This document shows positions 36,649 through 40,057 of a DNA stretch of 40,057 bases, one piece after another (positions within the stretch are counted from its first letter, which is position 1; each line of letters begins with the position of its first letter). Source of the stretch: Gemmatimonadota bacterium. Lineage in GTDB: Bacteria; Latescibacterota; UBA2968; UBA8231. A program made the position numbers and the translations under genes. The DNA lies in the NCBI GenBank assembly GCA_038153405.1, contig JAYOYH010000044.1, forward strand, positions 1-40,057, in the 5' to 3' direction. The notes beneath the pieces were generated by a model. That model was not told the origin of the DNA, ran no database searches, and worked only from the letters and a program-made list of their open reading frames with translations.

Positions 36649-38529
36649 ATGGGTTCCTCTTCGCTGTTATTAAAGCTGGTTGTGCCCTACGGCATAGCCC
36701 TGTTCGCGATTGCGTTCACGCTTCTATATGCAGTACCCGAGCAGCAGAAGGCATCTTTTTTCGAAGACGTAATGGGTGAGTTGCGCTCCATTAGTCTGAC
36801 GGCGGCAAATAGCGTCGAAATCGCCATAGAAAAAGAAGATTTCTCGTCTCTTTCGATGATAAATCGTCTTTTGGAATCGCATCCCAACGTCAGCTTTGCC
36901 GCCATATACGTCGATGAAGATGGCGTTAGCGAACGATTTTCCATTTATCCGAGCCACCTAGCCGACGATCCCACCTTCACAGCAGATCCCGAACGCTATC
37001 TGATGCACGACCATCCCATTGAAACGACGCTGTTTAGTGGGCGCGTCGTGGTGGGCTATGATGAGACCTTGTTCGAGTCACAGACACGGCAGCTGAATAG
37101 GCCGATCTATATGGCCTTTGCGTTTGTTTTGTTGGTCCAGTTCTGGAGCTATCGAACGATCTCTCGGTCTGTGGTTCAGCCCATTCGCCAGGCAGCAGCG
37201 GCGGCCGATTCTATGAGAGCCGGCGGGCTAGAGGCATCGCTGCATCTGGCTCCTCGAGAAGACGAAATTGGCCAGTTGCACAATTCGCTACAGAACCTGC
37301 AGCGCAGCCTGCTGGATCAGCAGGGTCGAAACGATGAGCTGATGGCCTCGCTAGAGGAGCGCGTTAGAGAGCGGACGGCCAAACTGCAAGAGGCGCTGTC
37401 GACAAAAGACAACTTTCTTTCATCCGTTAGTCACGAACTGCGCACGCCACTGCATAGTATTATTTCTTCGCTCGAACTGCAGCTGCAGACCGCTGACGAG
37501 ATGAATATGTCGGCTCATTCGCTTGAAGTTGTGGAAAATGGCCTAGTTGCTGCCCGGTCGCTGTTGACGCTAATAAACGATTTGTTGGACTACCAAAAGT
37601 TTGCTAGTCAAGGTGTTGAGCTGCGCCCTGAAGCCACCAATATGATCGAGCTATTACAGCGCCTTAAACGTGTGGTGAAACCGCTTTTTCATTCCGGTAA
37701 AGTTCGCTTGCGCATTGAGTATGCCGAGTGCGAGGGACTGTGGGTCAGCGTCGATCCGCAGCGTTTAGAGCAGGTACTCGTCAATCTGATAGGCAATGCC
37801 AGCAAATTTACGCACGAAGGGGAAGTTGCGCTGACGGTGCGAGCAGAGGTCGTTGACGACCACGCGCGCTGCACTTTTTCCATTGCCGATACGGGGATAG
37901 GCATGGATAGGGACACGATCCACCGGCTTGGCGAGCCCTTTTTCCAGGGCACAGAAGGCTATAGCCGCACGTTTGGCGGCACCGGGTTGGGGCTCAGCAT
38001 TGTAAAACGCCTGTTGGAATCTATGGAATCGCGCCTTGAGATAGACAGTGTTTCTGGCGAAGGCAGCACGTTCTCGTTTGCGCTGGAGCTGCCGGTGGCT
38101 GAATTGGGGGTTGCGGTATCCGATGAAGCGCCGCTGGAAATGGCTCTAACAGAGCGGCTGCGCGTATTGTACGTCGAGGATATGGAGATAAATCAGTTTT
38201 TCATGCGGGCTATGGCCAAACAGTTGAACGTAGATCTCGCACTGGCAAGCAGTGCGCTAGACGGCTATGAGCACATAAAGAACGAGGCGTTTGACTTGGT
38301 GCTGACCGACATTCAAATGCCCGAGCACGATGGCACCGAACTGATTAGATGGGTGCGAGAGAACCCCGACATATCACCCAATCTTCAGGTCATTGCCTTT
38401 ACGGCACATGCCGAGTACGAGCGCGTGGAACAGTTTCTGTCTATGGGTTTTAATAGCGTGCTGACCAAGCCCATGCGCATCAAAGAGCTGCGGCAAGCCC
38501 TCGAACGCGTGCAGCAGCAAAAAGCCTAA
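36649..38529 (+). CDS. Hybrid sensor histidine kinase (TM-periplasmic-TM-HAMP-HisKA-HATPase-REC)
   Basis: Motifs REDEIGQL (HAMP), VSHELRTPL, NLIGNASKFT, DTGIGM, GTGLGL; receiver VED, LTDIQMP, TAH, LTKP. Start MGSSS at 36649. Confidence 0.93.
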   Translation: MGSSSLLLKLVVPYGIALFAIAFTLLYAVPEQQKASFFEDVMGELRSISLTAANSVEIAIEKEDFSSLSMINRLLESHPNVSFAAIYVDEDGVSERFSIYPSHLADDPTFTADPERYLMHDHPIETTLFSGRVVVGYDETLFESQTRQLNRPIYMAFAFVLLVQFWSYRTISRSVVQPIRQAAAAADSMRAGGLEASLHLAPREDEIGQLHNSLQNLQRSLLDQQGRNDELMASLEERVRERTAKLQEALSTKDNFLSSVSHELRTPLHSIISSLELQLQTADEMNMSAHSLEVVENGLVAARSLLTLINDLLDYQKFASQGVELRPEATNMIELLQRLKRVVKPLFHSGKVRLRIEYAECEGLWVSVDPQRLEQVLVNLIGNASKFTHEGEVALTVRAEVVDDHARCTFSIADTGIGMDRDTIHRLGEPFFQGTEGYSRTFGGTGLGLSIVKRLLESMESRLEIDSVSGEGSTFSFALELPVAELGVAVSDEAPLEMALTERLRVLYVEDMEINQFFMRAMAKQLNVDLALASSALDGYEHIKNEAFDLVLTDIQMPEHDGTELIRWVRENPDISPNLQVIAFTAHAEYERVEQFLSMGFNSVLTKPMRIKELRQALERVQQQKA

Positions 38530-38760
38530 CGTCTGGCGTAGCCGCTGACTGCAAGCATGCATTCCCACATATATCCGTTTACATGGCTCGTGCGCGCGCT
38601 AGGTGCACGAGCACATCGTGCCGCAAAACGCAGATGACATGCAGCAGCCATTTCTGCTGCACGCACCGTCGCGTATATTTGCCCTCCTGCGAAATCGCAT
38701 ACATACGAGGGAACGGTGGCGATGGTTTCGGACGGAGAAGGTGAGTGCGATACGCGCGCC

Positions 38761-39906
38761 ATGGAGCGCCTGCCCAAGGCGTTTTACGCGCTCTACTACG
38801 GAGCCGGCGCGTGCCTATTTCCCTTTGTGCCACTCTACTACGACCAGATTGGTCTCAACGGCGACCAGATTGGTCTGCTGGCCGGCATCCCGTCGGCGAT
38901 GGTGCTGATCGGCGGCGCGCTGTGGGGCGGTTTGGCCGATGCGACGGGGCGGCACAGGGCCGTCTTGCTGCTGGCCATTGTAGGGTCGATTGGTCTATCG
39001 CAGCTGCTCCCGTCGCTGAGCGCTTTTCTCTGGTTGATTCCCCTGGTCTTTGCCATGGCCTTTTTCATGTCGCCCATCGTGCCGCTGGTCGATCACTCGG
39101 TGTTGGAGATGCTCGGCGCTCAGCGCGCGCGCTATGGCAAGGTTCGCATGTGGGGTGCGGTGGGCTGGGGTGTGGCTGGCCCGTTCATCGGTTGGATTGT
39201 CGAGCGCTCTAACCTGGACTGGGCATTCCGTAGCTATGGTTTGCTCATGGGCTTATGTCTGGTCGTTATTGCCTATTTACCCGTGCGTGCGGCCTCGCTG
39301 CACGGGCCCTTCCGCGGTGGTATAAAACAGCTCCTGAGGGATCGCCGCTGGCATCTGTTTCTGTTCTTGGCCTTTATCGGCGGCGTTGGTTTGGGCTTTG
39401 CCCACCACTACCTATTCCTCTATATGGATGGCTTGGGAGCATCGCGTGCTATGATGGGTTGGGCGCTGAGCATGGCAACCCTGAGCGAGTTAGTGGCATT
39501 TGCGCTGGCCGAGCGTGCCATGCGGCGCTGGGGAGCGCGCACGCTCTTTTTGGCGGCTCTGTTGGCCTCGGCGCTGCGCCTACTAGCCTATTCGCTGGCG
39601 ACCGAGCCGTGGCATGCGCTGTGTGCGCAACTGCTGCACGGTCCTTCTTTTGCTCTGATGTGGATGGCCGGTGTTTCGTGGGCCAACCGCATCGCACCAC
39701 CCGGTGCAGGGGCGACGGCGCAGAGCCTGTTTGGCGGTGTAAACTTTGGGCTGGGCGGCACGGCAGCAGCGCTGGCCGGTGGCGCTCTGCTCGAGCGCGT
39801 GGGAGCGGCCGCTATGTATGAGTGGGGTGCCCTGAGCGTATTGGTGGGTCTGGTTGCATGCGTATTGGCCGAGCGCGCGGTAGGAATAGACCAGGAAGCA
39901 GAATAA
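38761..39906 (+). CDS. MFS transporter (MFS_1_like)
   Basis: Motifs QIGLL, WGGLAD, YGKVRMWGAVGWG, QLLHGPSF, ATAQSLF; about 12 hydrophobic segments. Start MERLP at 38761. Confidence 0.9.
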   Translation: MERLPKAFYALYYGAGACLFPFVPLYYDQIGLNGDQIGLLAGIPSAMVLIGGALWGGLADATGRHRAVLLLAIVGSIGLSQLLPSLSAFLWLIPLVFAMAFFMSPIVPLVDHSVLEMLGAQRARYGKVRMWGAVGWGVAGPFIGWIVERSNLDWAFRSYGLLMGLCLVVIAYLPVRAASLHGPFRGGIKQLLRDRRWHLFLFLAFIGGVGLGFAHHYLFLYMDGLGASRAMMGWALSMATLSELVAFALAERAMRRWGARTLFLAALLASALRLLAYSLATEPWHALCAQLLHGPSFALMWMAGVSWANRIAPPGAGATAQSLFGGVNFGLGGTAAALAGGALLERVGAAAMYEWGALSVLVGLVACVLAERAVGIDQEAE

Positions 39907-39975
39907 CAGCCACATTGGCCGATGCAAAAGGGCTCACAGGCCGGGTGCGACGGCGTGGATGCAGAGGAGTGAACG

Positions 39976-40057
39976 ATGAAAAGTGAAAAGGTCTCCATGA
40001 CATTGGATGCTTCGGCTCTCGAAGCGCGAGGTCGGCTGTATAATACGCGCTTTTATG
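39976..40057 (+). CDS. 5' fragment of an unknown CDS running off the window
   Basis: GAGGAG RBS followed by MKSEKVSMTLDASALEARGRLYNTRFY with no stop. Confidence 0.5.
   Translation, partial: MKSEKVSMTLDASALEARGRLYNTRFY

Noticed and set aside
5787..38529. Long N-terminal extensions given by the ORF track (e.g. 6749, 7756, 12488, 17985, 22176, 22215, 24112, 24249, 27580, 32755, 33078, 36541)
   Set aside because: Downstream starts fit RBS positions, stop/start overlaps and family N-termini better.
38841..38876. 15-nt direct repeat CGACCAGATTGGTCT x2 in the MFS gene
   Set aside because: It is an in-frame coding repeat (DQIGL-NG-DQIGL) with only two copies; not CRISPR or a target-site duplication.

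Overview
GC-rich bacterial chromosomal window with about 37 genes; I found no rRNA, tRNA, CRISPR array or mobile element. Main blocks: (1) 1-7633, minus strand: a probable sugar-acid catabolic cluster (2-hydroxyacid dehydrogenase, HpcH aldolase, Asp-box sialidase-like protein, epimerase, a 33-aa PhyH remnant, amidohydrolase, degenerate VOC protein, two coupled CBM9-like paralogs, aldo/keto reductase). (2) hrpB, LysE, acyl-CoA dehydrogenase-family protein, M16 protease and amt. (3) A recQ-containing mixed operon. (4) A sulfane-sulfur cluster (SulP-STAS, two YeeE/YedE, CstB-like dioxygenase-rhodanese) convergent with PhyH-sulfatase-AKR. (5) PhoX, PhyH-like protein, cupin, outer-membrane protein and uxuA. 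(6) A lower-GC three-gene cassette: porin-like barrel, small periplasmic binding-like protein and hybrid histidine kinase. This cassette is my best candidate for an uncharacterised trans-envelope signalling system. (7) An MFS transporter and a truncated CDS. The enzyme mix is reminiscent of organic-matter-degrading candidate phyla such as Latescibacterota, but that is only an impression. All family calls come from motif recognition by eye, not database searches.
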